The notes: generated by a model from the letters alone, not told the origin. Counted from the stretch's first letter, positions 1 to 9,019 are shown. The stretch is DNA of 64,000 bases from an uncultured Clostridia bacterium (GCA_946184295.1 CAMHEZ010000001.1:137977-201976), one strand, 5' to 3'. Program-made: numbers and translations.

Positions 1-50
1 TAACAGGGTCAGGCGAACACCGATACAGTAGGAAAACGGAGGAATCTATT

Positions 51-830
51 ATGAGACTCAACGGAACCGTCTTTTCAGAAACCTTGGAAATGGATACAGG
101 CATTTCCATTGTGACCCCCAACCGACTGCGGGAGGACGCACCTTATCGTGTGGTCTATCTGCTGCACGGATTGTGTGGCAGCAGCAGCAGTTGGTTGGAT
201 TATTCCCTGCTGCCGCTCTATGCGATGGGCGGGAATACCATCTACATCATGCCCGACGTGGCGCGGAGCTTCTACACGGATATGAAATACGGCTTCCGCT
301 ACTTCACCTACATTACGGAGGAACTGCCGCACATCTGCCGGAATATCTTCCATATTTCGGCAGACCGCGAAAATACCGCTGTCATGGGCTGCTCGATGGG
401 CGGCTACGGCGCGTTGAAATGCGCCTTGACCCACCCCGAGCAATACGGTATGTGCGGCGCGTTTTCATCGGGCTGTCTTTTCATCAGGGATAACATGACG
501 CTGTTAAAAGAGCAGGGATTCGAGGCAGCGGTGCAGTTATTCGGTCGGCAGCTTGCCAATGACCTTGTGTCGGTGTTCGGGGAAGATTTGGAATGGAAGC
601 CGGAGTATGAGATTTCCGCGTTGGCGGCGCAAGCCAAGGCGGGCGGCGTACTGCCCAGGCTCTACCTGACCTGCGGCACGGAGGATCACTTCTATGACGA
701 TCACCGGCGATTCCGCGAGGTGCTGGACGGTATGGCGATTCCCTATACCTATGAGGAATGGCAGGCGCGGCATGATTTGGCGTATTTCAACGACGCGCTG
801 AAGAAGGCCATTGATTATTTTGCACTGTAG
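51..830 (+). CDS. Esterase-D / tributyrin-esterase-type serine hydrolase
   Basis: 259-aa ORF with GGAGG 8 nt upstream of the ATG. It has an LLHGLCGSS oxyanion region, a GCSMGGYG nucleophile elbow (GxSxG), and C-terminal Asp/His candidates (TEDHFY, ARHDLAYF). Confidence 0.8.
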   Translation: MRLNGTVFSETLEMDTGISIVTPNRLREDAPYRVVYLLHGLCGSSSSWLDYSLLPLYAMGGNTIYIMPDVARSFYTDMKYGFRYFTYITEELPHICRNIFHISADRENTAVMGCSMGGYGALKCALTHPEQYGMCGAFSSGCLFIRDNMTLLKEQGFEAAVQLFGRQLANDLVSVFGEDLEWKPEYEISALAAQAKAGGVLPRLYLTCGTEDHFYDDHRRFREVLDGMAIPYTYEEWQARHDLAYFNDALKKAIDYFAL

Positions 831-911
831 AGCGTTGACAATGGCTCTTTTGTACCCAAAAACAGTTGGGGGCAACAATTCTACCAGCCGAAAGGAGTCT
901 GATTCAAAAAA

Positions 912-1730
912 ATGCGTAAATTTTTCAAAACCTACCTGCCCTTCACACAGGCAGGCATTCACGGCGCGACGGCCTATCGTGCCAACTTTATCGCGTGGTT
1001 CATCGGCGATGTCATGTATTGCTTCGTCATGTATTACGTCTGGCGGGCAGTGTTTGCCTCGTCGGGACAAAGCACCTTCCACGGGTTCAACATGACGGAT
1101 ATGGTGGTATTTCTGTTTGTGACCAATCTGACCGGCTATCTCACCGACAGCGACGGTTCCTTTTCGGTGGGCGAGGAGATACGCGACGGCAATATTGCTA
1201 TGCGGCTCATCAAGCCGGTGGATTTCGATATGACCTTCCTTTTCAGCGAGATGGGGCAGAAGTCGCTCACCTTCACCATGATTTTTGTGCCCATGCTGGT
1301 AGGCGTGGAAATCTATAAATATATCGCCTACGGTCACGTGATGTTCAGCATTGGCACCTTCGCGCTGTATATGCTGAGCGTGGTCATGAGCTATCTGTTT
1401 TCGTTCTACATGAATGTCTGTTTCGGCTTTATGGCTTTTTTCCTCAAAAATCTCTGGGGCTTCAATATCCTGAAATCCAGCATTCTGCGTTTCCTGTCCG
1501 GCTCCGTGATTCCCTTTGCGTTCATGCCGGACGCGCTACGCTCGGTCATGGAGTGGCTGCCCTTTGCGTCTCTGAGCTACACGCCGGTGATGATCTACAT
1601 GGGCAAGTATTCCGGCGCGGAAATCGCCATGCGTCTGGGTCTGCAATTCCTGTGGGTGGTAGCCTTTTACCTGATATCGAAGATGATTTTCTCGGTAGCC
1701 ATCAGGCACGTTACCGTACAAGGAGGATAA
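912..1730 (+). CDS. ABC-2 family transporter permease
   Basis: 272-aa polytopic membrane ORF with AAAGGAG upstream. The layout matches the paired ABC-2 permeases (COG4587/COG3694 type) and it sits in tandem with the next ORF. Confidence 0.7.
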   Translation: MRKFFKTYLPFTQAGIHGATAYRANFIAWFIGDVMYCFVMYYVWRAVFASSGQSTFHGFNMTDMVVFLFVTNLTGYLTDSDGSFSVGEEIRDGNIAMRLIKPVDFDMTFLFSEMGQKSLTFTMIFVPMLVGVEIYKYIAYGHVMFSIGTFALYMLSVVMSYLFSFYMNVCFGFMAFFLKNLWGFNILKSSILRFLSGSVIPFAFMPDALRSVMEWLPFASLSYTPVMIYMGKYSGAEIAMRLGLQFLWVVAFYLISKMIFSVAIRHVTVQGG

Positions 1731-1834
1731 AGCGCTCGCTTTGCTCGCTAAGTGAATCATGAATAGTGAATAATGAATAGTTATCGGAAGCGCTTCGCGC
1801 TCGGAATGTATTTTTACGTTAGGGGGCGTTTTAT

Positions 1835-2644
1835 TTGAATTTATTTCACGAAATACGGCGTGCGTTTCGTCTGTTCCGCATATTTGCGGCACAGCATTTG
1901 AAAAAACTGATGGAGTATAAAATTGACTTTATCACCGGCGCCTGCTCATTTTTGATTGACCAAGTGGTCAACATTGCCTTCCTCGCCATTATCTTTGGCG
2001 GTGTGGAGAGCCTCAAAGGGTGGAGCTACTATGAAATTCTCTTTATTTACGGCTTTTCGCTTCTGCCCAAGGGGCTTGACCACCTGTTCTGTGACAATTT
2101 GTGGAATGTTGGCTATTTTGTCGTCCGCAAGGGCGATTTTGACAAATATCTCACCCGCCCTATCAGTCCGCTGCTGACTGTGACGGTGGAGATATTCCAG
2201 GTGGATTCGCTGGGGGAATTGGTGGTAGGCATTGCGCTGATTGTTCTGTCACTCCGGCATTTGCAGATGCCGTTTGTGTGGTACGACATACCGCTGGCAC
2301 TGGTGGCAGTACTGTTCGGTATGCTCATCTATACCTCCATCAAAATTATCCTTGCGTCCATCGCGTTCTGGACGAAGCAGAGCGGACATCTCATCAATAT
2401 GGTGTACGGTATGAACGATTTTTCCAAATACCCGGTCGAAATTTACAGCCGCCCCGTGCGCGACGGCATCACCTATATCATTCCCTTTGCCTTCACTGCC
2501 TTCTATCCCGCCAGCTATTTGCTGCGCCACACGGCGCCGGTGTTCAGCATTGGCGGCACGGTCGTGGCAGGCTGCATACTGTTTGCCATTGGCCTGCTGG
2601 TCTGGCACAAGGGCCTTGCCGCTTATGAAAGCGCGGGGTCTTGA
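1835..2644 (+). CDS. ABC-2 family transporter permease (second subunit)
   Basis: 269-aa polytopic membrane ORF with a TTG start, partner of 912..1730. Confidence 0.7.
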   Translation: MNLFHEIRRAFRLFRIFAAQHLKKLMEYKIDFITGACSFLIDQVVNIAFLAIIFGGVESLKGWSYYEILFIYGFSLLPKGLDHLFCDNLWNVGYFVVRKGDFDKYLTRPISPLLTVTVEIFQVDSLGELVVGIALIVLSLRHLQMPFVWYDIPLALVAVLFGMLIYTSIKIILASIAFWTKQSGHLINMVYGMNDFSKYPVEIYSRPVRDGITYIIPFAFTAFYPASYLLRHTAPVFSIGGTVVAGCILFAIGLLVWHKGLAAYESAGS

Positions 2645-2704
2645 TGCGGCAGGTGTTAGGAGTGTGGCGGAATTTCGGTTCTGATTATGATGATTCATAA
2701 TGAC

Positions 2705-2758
2705 AAAAAAAAGACTAACCGCCAGCTTTTCCGAAGTCGCGGTTAGTCTTTTGCTTTG
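2705..2758 (+). terminator. Intrinsic terminator (A-run / 12-bp stem / T-rich tail)
   Basis: AAGACTAACCGC (2711-2722) pairs with GCGGTTAGTCTT (2739-2750). A8 precedes it and TTTGCTTTG follows. Confidence 0.7.
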
Positions 2759-2982
2759 ACTAATTTTTGCTCGGAGGCAGCCGTCTACGCAATATTCCCG
2801 GCTTTCGTCCCCACGAAAGCCTATTGCGGACTGTGCTGTCTCTGTTTTTATTATACCCTGTCAGCAGCAGATTGTCAATCCATTTTGCGATACTTGCTCA
2901 TAAAAAATTTACTTGACGTGACGGTATCGGTGGGGGTAGAATAGAGAAAAGAAATCCACATGAGGGCGAGGTTTTGTGAAAT

Positions 2983-3528
2983 ATGAAGCGTTCCAAGGTC
3001 ATCAAACGACTGTCCCAGTGTATCGGGCCGCGCAAAATCTGCCGGGTCGATATGGCATACAGTCCCAATTACCTCTATTACTTCCCGCTCAAGGTCAATG
3101 AAAAATTCTTTCTCGGCGCGGTGGAGGACGATTTTCAGCTGGACGGCTACACGATTCGCCGTGTCAAGCAGGTGCGGAAGGCACAGATTCGGGACGACAA
3201 GTGCTGGGAAATTGACGTGGCCGAAGGGATTGTCAAAGAGATTGTCGAGCCGCAGGTCAGCATCGGCAATTGGCGGCAGATTTTCCGTTCGCTCCAGGCC
3301 ATGAACCGCTATATCATCATCGAGCACGAGAGCCTTGACGATGACGCCTGTGATTTTTATATCGGACGCGTTGTAAGCGTCAGGAAACACAGCGTCGTGT
3401 TCCGCCATTTTGACGCGGACGGCGTGTGGCAGCCGGAGGCGGTTCAGATTCCCTACTCCTACATCACCAGCGTGTCCTTCGGTTCGAGATATGTCGATAT
3501 CTTTTCCAAATATGTACCGAAACTGTAA
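2983..3528 (+). CDS. Hypothetical cytoplasmic protein
   Basis: 181-aa ORF. TTGACG (2913-2918) and TAGAAT (2937-2942) lie upstream. I recognise no family. Confidence 0.5.
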   Translation: MKRSKVIKRLSQCIGPRKICRVDMAYSPNYLYYFPLKVNEKFFLGAVEDDFQLDGYTIRRVKQVRKAQIRDDKCWEIDVAEGIVKEIVEPQVSIGNWRQIFRSLQAMNRYIIIEHESLDDDACDFYIGRVVSVRKHSVVFRHFDADGVWQPEAVQIPYSYITSVSFGSRYVDIFSKYVPKL

Positions 3529-3545
3529 CCTTTTCAAGCAGTAAT

Positions 3546-3600
3546 AAAAACGTGTCCTTTTAAACTGATATCGTCAGTTCGGAAGGAACACGTTTTTCTT
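3546..3600. terminator. Bidirectional hairpin between convergent genes
   Basis: AAAAACGTGTCCTT...AAGGAACACGTTTTT with inner AACTGA/TCAGTT. A-run and T-run flank it. Confidence 0.6.
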
Positions 3601-3606
3601 TTTTTC

Positions 3607-3909
3607 TTATCTGATGAGAAACCCTGCTGCCAATGCCGCCGCGCAGGCCGACAGCGCCACCACTATCAGCGGCATATCGAAATAGGCGAGGATGATGGCC
3701 ACGGCGGTGCCGATGACGGCGGTTGTCAGATTGCCGGTGGAATAGAAGATGGCGGGAACCGTCATGGCGCTCAGCACGGCATAGGGGACATAATACAAAA
3801 AGCTGCGGAAGAACCGGGACTTGATCTGTTTGCGGAAGGCGGTAAACGGTATCATGCGGATTAAGTATGTCACGCCCGCCATAACCGCGATATAAATGAC
3901 AATGCTCAT
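3607..3909 (-). CDS. azlD: Branched-chain amino acid exporter small subunit, AzlD family
   Basis: About 100-aa, 3-4 TM protein starting MSIVIYIAVMAGVTYLIRMIPF. Its ATG overlaps the azlC stop (ATGA). The upstream part of the listed ORF is non-coding extension. Confidence 0.8.
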   Translation of the reverse strand: MSIVIYIAVMAGVTYLIRMIPFTAFRKQIKSRFFRSFLYYVPYAVLSAMTVPAIFYSTGNLTTAVIGTAVAIILAYFDMPLIVVALSACAAALAAGFLIR

Positions 3910-4631
3910 GATGCGGCGTCCTCCTTGTCGTCGTCTGCCACGGGGAATACCAATGCCCCCACCGTCGCGGCCAGTACGGCGCTGATGATAATGGCAAAGC
4001 CGCCGGATACAGCCGTCAGCACATATTTGAAAATCAGGCTGCACAGCGCCGCCGTGACAGCTACCGCCAGCACACTGCGGCTCTTTTTGGCGGGCGGAAT
4101 CACAATCGCCACAAACATGGCGTACAGCATGATGCCCATTGCGTTGCTGAGCGACGTGGGCAGAAGCTGTCCCGCCGCCGCGCCGAGGAAGGTGCCGAGG
4201 CTCCAGCCGAAGGCTGCAATCAGAATCATGCCGTACATATACCGCGCGGTGATTTTGCCCTTTTGCGCGGAAGCAACCGCGAAAATCTCGTCCGTAATGC
4301 CGAAAGAAACCAACAGGCGGCGGGGGGTATTGAAGGTATCGTCCAGCTTTTGGGAGAGCGACAGTCCCATCAGTCCGTAACGTAGGTTAATGACCAGCTG
4401 CGTGAGCGCCATTTCGATGTAAGAGCCGCCTGCCGCGATGATGGCAATGCCTGCGGCCTGTCCCGCCGAGGTCAGGTTGGTGGCGGATATGATGACCGCC
4501 GTGAGCGGCGTCAGTCCCGAACGCACGGTAATGATGCCCAGTCCGAACGAGACAGAAAGATATCCCAGGGCAATGGGAATACCGTCCACAAGGCCCCGGG
4601 CGAAGGGTGATTTTGCTGATATCACTGTCAT
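3906..4631 (-). CDS. azlC: AzlC family branched-chain amino acid permease
   Basis: Start MTVISAKSPFARGLVDGIPIALGYL with GGGGAGG upstream. It is polytopic and coupled to azlD. Confidence 0.8.
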   Translation of the reverse strand: MTVISAKSPFARGLVDGIPIALGYLSVSFGLGIITVRSGLTPLTAVIISATNLTSAGQAAGIAIIAAGGSYIEMALTQLVINLRYGLMGLSLSQKLDDTFNTPRRLLVSFGITDEIFAVASAQKGKITARYMYGMILIAAFGWSLGTFLGAAAGQLLPTSLSNAMGIMLYAMFVAIVIPPAKKSRSVLAVAVTAALCSLIFKYVLTAVSGGFAIIISAVLAATVGALVFPVADDDKEDAAS

Positions 4632-4790
4632 ATTAACCTCCCCTTGTGCCGATAGAGTCAATAGATGAATCCACAAAAATACATTGCATGCTATTATAGC
4701 ATATTTGGGAGAAGATGACAAATAGAAATTGCCATTCATTAACTATGCAAGATGTATATATGCCGACCAACCGTTCTATCAGAACGGTTA

Positions 4791-5246
4791 TCATTGTTTC
4801 CCTAGCGGAATGATCGTTAATCCCTTGTTTCGCGCCTTGGTGACGAAGTGATACGCGCCGCCGCTTGTGCGGGTGATATAGGTGATGACATAGCGGGACT
4901 GCTCAATTATCCAGTCATTCCGGTCATATACGGCGAATTTGGCAGGCGCGTTTTGGGTGGATTGAGGATATACCGCGTTGTCGCCATAGAGACGAGCGGT
5001 TCTTTCGTCCGGAGGATAAGCCAGCGCCACCTGATAGCGAATGTGGGGGTATTCCCTTTGCAATTCTTTGACCGCGCCTAACGCCATTTTGTCGAAGTTG
5101 CCGTGGGTTCCCACATAAAAGCAGTCGGCCAGTCCAGTGACAATCATGATTTTGACAGCCAGTTTGATCTGATCCCTCATCGTGAAGGGCGCGTCCCTGT
5201 GGCCGAAAAAACAGCAGGATTTATCTTTACAATTGATGTCATTCAT
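4791..5246 (-). CDS. SLOG-superfamily DUF1273 (YpsA-like) protein, paralog 1
   Basis: 151 aa with N-terminal CCFFGHRD, then FYVGTHGNFD and C-terminal SGGAYHFVTKARNKGLTIIPLG, the Rossmann-like YpsA/DprA-type pattern. A 9-bp hairpin at 4769-4789 follows the stop. Confidence 0.7.
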   Translation of the reverse strand: MNDINCKDKSCCFFGHRDAPFTMRDQIKLAVKIMIVTGLADCFYVGTHGNFDKMALGAVKELQREYPHIRYQVALAYPPDERTARLYGDNAVYPQSTQNAPAKFAVYDRNDWIIEQSRYVITYITRTSGGAYHFVTKARNKGLTIIPLGKQ

Positions 5247-5332
5247 AGGCTCCTCCTAGTTTTATACGTAGTTTATCACGAAAATTGGATTATCTATAAT
5301 GCTTTTATCATTAGTATATCATATAAAATCAA

Positions 5333-5367
5333 GAAAAAAAAGTCTGTAAGAAAAAACTCACAGACTT
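5333..5367 (-). terminator. Intrinsic terminator after XRE gene 1
   Basis: On the minus strand, GTCTGTGAG-TTTTTT-CTTACAGAC is followed by T8. Confidence 0.75.
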
Positions 5368-5381
5368 ATCATTCATTCACA

Positions 5382-5720
5382 TTATGTTAATCTTTCTAAG
5401 AGTACTTCCAGTAAATCCATTACCAATTGTCTGTTTTCAGGTGACAAAGTATCAAGTCTGTCAGTTAGCCGGGAAATTTTTATCTTATATCCAACGCCTA
5501 TCACATCAGCAAAGATATCATCAGCAGAACATTCCAGCGCATTCATAATGGCTACCAGCTTTTCGGGGCGCGGAAAGCTCTTGCCGCGCTCGATGTCGGA
5601 TAAATAATTGGTGGATAAATCTACCATCTCGGCAAACTTCTCCTGCGTGTAACCTTTTTGCTTTCTTATTTTTTGAATTTGTTTGCCGATTTTCTGCTCA
5701 ATCGTGAGTTCATTTATCAT
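5382..5720 (-). CDS. XRE-family helix-turn-helix regulator 1
   Basis: MINELTIEQKIGKQIQKIRKQKGYTQEKFAEMVDLSTNYLSDIERGK is a canonical Cro/C1 HTH. The locus is visibly AT-rich. Confidence 0.8.
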   Translation of the reverse strand: MINELTIEQKIGKQIQKIRKQKGYTQEKFAEMVDLSTNYLSDIERGKSFPRPEKLVAIMNALECSADDIFADVIGVGYKIKISRLTDRLDTLSPENRQLVMDLLEVLLERLT

Positions 5721-5849
5721 TATATCGTGCCTCTTATACTCATGCAAATATCGTGATAGGTAACGATATACTAAGTATATATCAGACACGAGAAATAATT
5801 CACCAAGCAACTCCGAATGTGTCACGGTGACAGGATTAGTTGAACGGAA

Positions 5850-6335
5850 TTATTTTTCCCCCGCCAATGCGATTTCCTGCCCCGCGATATTTTGCAATCC
5901 TAGGGCGAAATCAAAACCCAGCGCGTTGCCGTCCGGGTATAAATCCCGTAGCGGCACCAGCACGAAGGCGCGGTATAAAATACGGGGGTGAGGCAGGGTC
6001 AATTCCGCCGTTTCCATCGTCACACCCTCATAAAGCAGCAGGTCAATATCCACTGTGCGGGGCGATTTGTACCCCATGCGCACGCGTCCCAATGCCGATT
6101 CAATGCCAAGACACGCGCCGAGCAGGACGCTCGGGGAGAGGGACGTTGCCACTTCCGCCACGCAGTTGAGATAATCGGGCTGGGGCTGGTGTACTTCTAC
6201 CGCCGCGGTGCGGTAGAAGGGGGAAACGCGCAGGAGTCTGGTCTGGCAGAGAGAATTCAGCGCGTCCAGCGCACAGCCGAGATTTTGCCGCGTATCCCCC
6301 AGATTGCCCCCCAATCCTAAAACGGCCTTCTTCAT
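5850..6335 (-). CDS. folK: 2-amino-4-hydroxy-6-hydroxymethyldihydropteridine pyrophosphokinase
   Basis: MKKAVLGLGGNLGD...RTVDIDLLLY...LTLPHPR motifs. The ATGA overlaps the folB stop. Confidence 0.9.
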   Translation of the reverse strand: MKKAVLGLGGNLGDTRQNLGCALDALNSLCQTRLLRVSPFYRTAAVEVHQPQPDYLNCVAEVATSLSPSVLLGACLGIESALGRVRMGYKSPRTVDIDLLLYEGVTMETAELTLPHPRILYRAFVLVPLRDLYPDGNALGFDFALGLQNIAGQEIALAGEK

Positions 6336-6712
6336 AAGCTTTGCACCTGCCCTCTGCTGCGGCGAATCCGCACGGCGGCGTATTCGATCTCACATTTGAC
6401 CGGCGCGTGAGGTTTTTTGAGCGTCAGCTCCACCTCGTTCACCTGCGGAAATTCCCGCAGGATTCCCTCGCAGACCATCTGCGCCGCACGTTCGATCAGG
6501 TCATAGGTCCTCTCGGTCATGATGCGTTCCGCCGTGCTGCACACCGTGTCATAATTAACGGTATGCTCCACATTGTCGGAGATACAGGGCAGCGACAGAT
6601 CGGTGTCCAGCGTCAGATCCAGATAAAAAAGCTGTCCCTGTTTCTTTTCCTCCGGCAGCACGCCGTGATAGGCAAACACCTTCAGCCCTTTGATGATGAT
6701 GCAGTCTGTCAT
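6332..6712 (-). CDS. folB: Dihydroneopterin aldolase
   Basis: IIIKGLKVFAYHGVLPEEKKQGQLFYLDLTL and the C-terminal KPHAP pattern typical of FolB. Confidence 0.9.
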   Translation of the reverse strand: MTDCIIIKGLKVFAYHGVLPEEKKQGQLFYLDLTLDTDLSLPCISDNVEHTVNYDTVCSTAERIMTERTYDLIERAAQMVCEGILREFPQVNEVELTLKKPHAPVKCEIEYAAVRIRRSRGQVQSL

Positions 6713-6810
6713 ATTTTTCCATTCCTCTCATTGACAACTGATTATATTATTTATCATTTGACCGTTTCTGTCAAGACGGAAAGAAGAGAATACGGGGAAA
6801 TGAATTTTGA

Positions 6811-7013
6811 AAAAGCGAAGCGCAATTAAGCGACAGCTATGCTTGCATAGCGGGAGCGCGGGGTGCAGGGGACTGGTTCCCTGCCGGGTCAAGGGCAGCG
6901 CCCTTGCAGGGAGTGGGACAGCGTCCCACAAGCGAAGCCGTAGGCTGAGCGAGCAGAACCAGCTCAAACGACAAACGTGGTCAGGCGAATCCAATCAAAG
7001 CTCCGACCAAAAT
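6811..7013 (+). repeat. GC-rich intergenic repeat element, copy 1
   Basis: Shares an identical 19-mer (6815-6833) and 31-mer (6880-6910) with the reverse complement of 32349-32545. It contains CAAGGGC-AGC-GCCCTTG and GTGGGAC-AGC-GTCCCAC hairpins. Confidence 0.7.
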
Positions 7014-7169
7014 CCGACACCTGTTGCTGATTGCCTTCAAGGAGGTTGTCAGCGAAATAAAGAAATAACCGCCTTGTGCTGCAACACAAGACGGTTGGAT
7101 AAAAACAACTAATTCTGTGAGCGGAACAGCCAAGGCCGTTCCGTTGCGTTTTTTTGTCAATTGAAAATC

Positions 7170-8741
7170 TTATCCTCTGCTTTCCCGCGCCTTCTTGCGC
7201 TCGTAGCGGGAACGTTCCCACTCGTCGTTGGCCTGATCGAGTGCGGTCTGGTTTTCCACCAGCTTTGAGGATGTTTCGCTGTCGCCGTAGAGAAAATCAA
7301 ATAAATAGCGTGCGTTGGCGTTGAGGTCAACCCCGACATAAGAAACGCCGTCTACCGTCAGATCATACCACGCGCCGTCTACGGGAATACGCAGCCCCTG
7401 CATTTCGTAATCCATACTGCCCAGTCCCTCAGCGGTCAGGCTGAAAATCTCGCTCAGCGAAAGATTGGTTGTCACATTGGGGGCGGTAATGCGCAGCAGG
7501 TGTTCCAACTGCAAAAGCGACATCTTGCTGCATTTCTTCATGATTTTGCTCAGCACTTCACGCTGCCGTGCGGTACGCGCCGTATCGCTGCCCACCTTGC
7601 GGATCCGGCAGTAAGAGAGTGTCTGTTTGCCGTTGAAGACGTAGGACCCGGCCTCGTAAATCTTGTTGGACTCTTTTTTGCCCACATACTTATTGAATTG
7701 CTCCAGCTCCATCTCCTCGATATCCACCGGCACACCGCCGATTTCGTCCACCACATTGACAAATGCCTTGTAATCCACACAGACATATTTGTCGATTTGC
7801 AGACCGAAGTTGGCATAGATGGTTTGCAGCAGCAGCTCAGGGCCTCCATAGACGAAGGCCGCGTTTAATTTGCGCTTGCCGTGCCCCGGAATCCTCACGT
7901 ACATATCCCGCATGAGCGAGGTCATTTTGATTTTCTGATGTTCGTGATCCAGCGTGAGAATAATCATGCTGTCGGAGCGGGAAATCCCCTCCTGATCCAC
8001 GTCATAGCCCACCAGCAGGATGTTTTTGGTATCATCGGAATGAGAGACATATTTGGCAATTGCCGATTCGCTCACTACCATTTCGGTATCGCCGAACAGA
8101 CCGCCGCCCTTCACGAAATTGACCGACTGCACGATACCCGCCAGCCGGATGCCTTCTACCACGATCAACCCCAGCACCGCAATTGCGACAGCAATGAGCG
8201 ATGTGCGGATCATTTTAGCCGTTTTTGGGTTCATCTTCGTTTTTTTCTTTTTCACCGAAGGTTCCGCCGAAAGGGCTTTTTCGATGTCAGGCGTTGCCGG
8301 GGTCACAACAGAAACGGCGTCATCAGTTTCTGTTTTTGCGGCTGTGTCGGTTGCGTCAGCGGCAACAGATGGCTCCGCTTCGTCGTGTTTGGCCTGTTTT
8401 TTGGGGGATACCGACGTCTTATGTACGACAGTTTGGTCGGATGATTTCTTGTGGGGTTTATGGTTGGGCTGCACGGCTTTGTTCAGCTCTTTGCGCTCCA
8501 CCAGTAATTCCTTGGTCAGGGTTTCCAGCTCAGGCAGCATTTCCAGCTTAGTTTCCATGGACGCGGCTGAAATACCTTGCTGTTTGACCGCTGTTTTGTC
8601 AGCAGCGTCGACAGCCGGTGCTGTGTTTTCAGGTGTGACCGGTATATCCTTTGGATCCTTGCTAGCGTCATTGCTGTGATTGGTTTCTTTACTCAATACA
8701 AATGCACCACCGTTCAGGCAAATACCATGCGATATGTTCAT
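7170..8741 (-). CDS. LytR-CpsA-Psr (LCP) family cell-wall polymer ligase
   Basis: 523 aa: a long disordered N-terminus, one TM, then LLVGYDVD...SRSDSMIILTLD...KMTSLMRDMYV...KLNAAFVYGG, the LCP core. Confidence 0.85.
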   Translation of the reverse strand: MNISHGICLNGGAFVLSKETNHSNDASKDPKDIPVTPENTAPAVDAADKTAVKQQGISAASMETKLEMLPELETLTKELLVERKELNKAVQPNHKPHKKSSDQTVVHKTSVSPKKQAKHDEAEPSVAADATDTAAKTETDDAVSVVTPATPDIEKALSAEPSVKKKKTKMNPKTAKMIRTSLIAVAIAVLGLIVVEGIRLAGIVQSVNFVKGGGLFGDTEMVVSESAIAKYVSHSDDTKNILLVGYDVDQEGISRSDSMIILTLDHEHQKIKMTSLMRDMYVRIPGHGKRKLNAAFVYGGPELLLQTIYANFGLQIDKYVCVDYKAFVNVVDEIGGVPVDIEEMELEQFNKYVGKKESNKIYEAGSYVFNGKQTLSYCRIRKVGSDTARTARQREVLSKIMKKCSKMSLLQLEHLLRITAPNVTTNLSLSEIFSLTAEGLGSMDYEMQGLRIPVDGAWYDLTVDGVSYVGVDLNANARYLFDFLYGDSETSSKLVENQTALDQANDEWERSRYERKKARESRG

Positions 8742-8945
8742 TGTCTATGCGTTATCTCAACCAGAATATACTCCGCTCATTTTACACCAAAGCGGGCGGA
8801 ATTGTCAATTGACCCATTCAACAATTATCATATCTCACACAGAAACATCATAAATCCTTAAACCAAAGAGGCATATAGAAGAAAAATGTCGTTTTACGTC
8901 AGGGAAGATCGGAATAAATATTTAGAAAAAAATCTAATTAGATTC

Positions 8946-8996
8946 TTGACAAAGCGTATATTATGTGGTAAAATATATTTAGAATTAATTCTAAAT
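8946..8996 (+). promoter_or_regulatory. Sigma-A type promoter with palindromic operator for the sdpR-like operon
   Basis: TTGACA (8946-8951), 17 nt, then TGgTAAAAT (extended -10, 8966-8974). A perfect 20-bp palindrome ATTTAGAATTAATTCTAAAT lies at 8977-8996. A second palindrome AATCTAATTAGATT lies at 8931-8944. Confidence 0.6.
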
Positions 8997-9019
8997 AATC
9001 ATCTCAGGAGGAAATGACC

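Noticed and set aside
6728-7112. ORFs 6807-7112 (+, 101 aa) and 6728-6994 (-, 88 aa) across the folB/LCP spacer. Similar ORFs at 32019-32517 lie across the spoVT / yfhO-like spacer.
   Set aside because: They simply read through the GC-rich repeat element. They lack RBSs and have Arg/Gly/Pro/Ser-rich composition. The same DNA occurs in both orientations, which does not fit a conserved protein.
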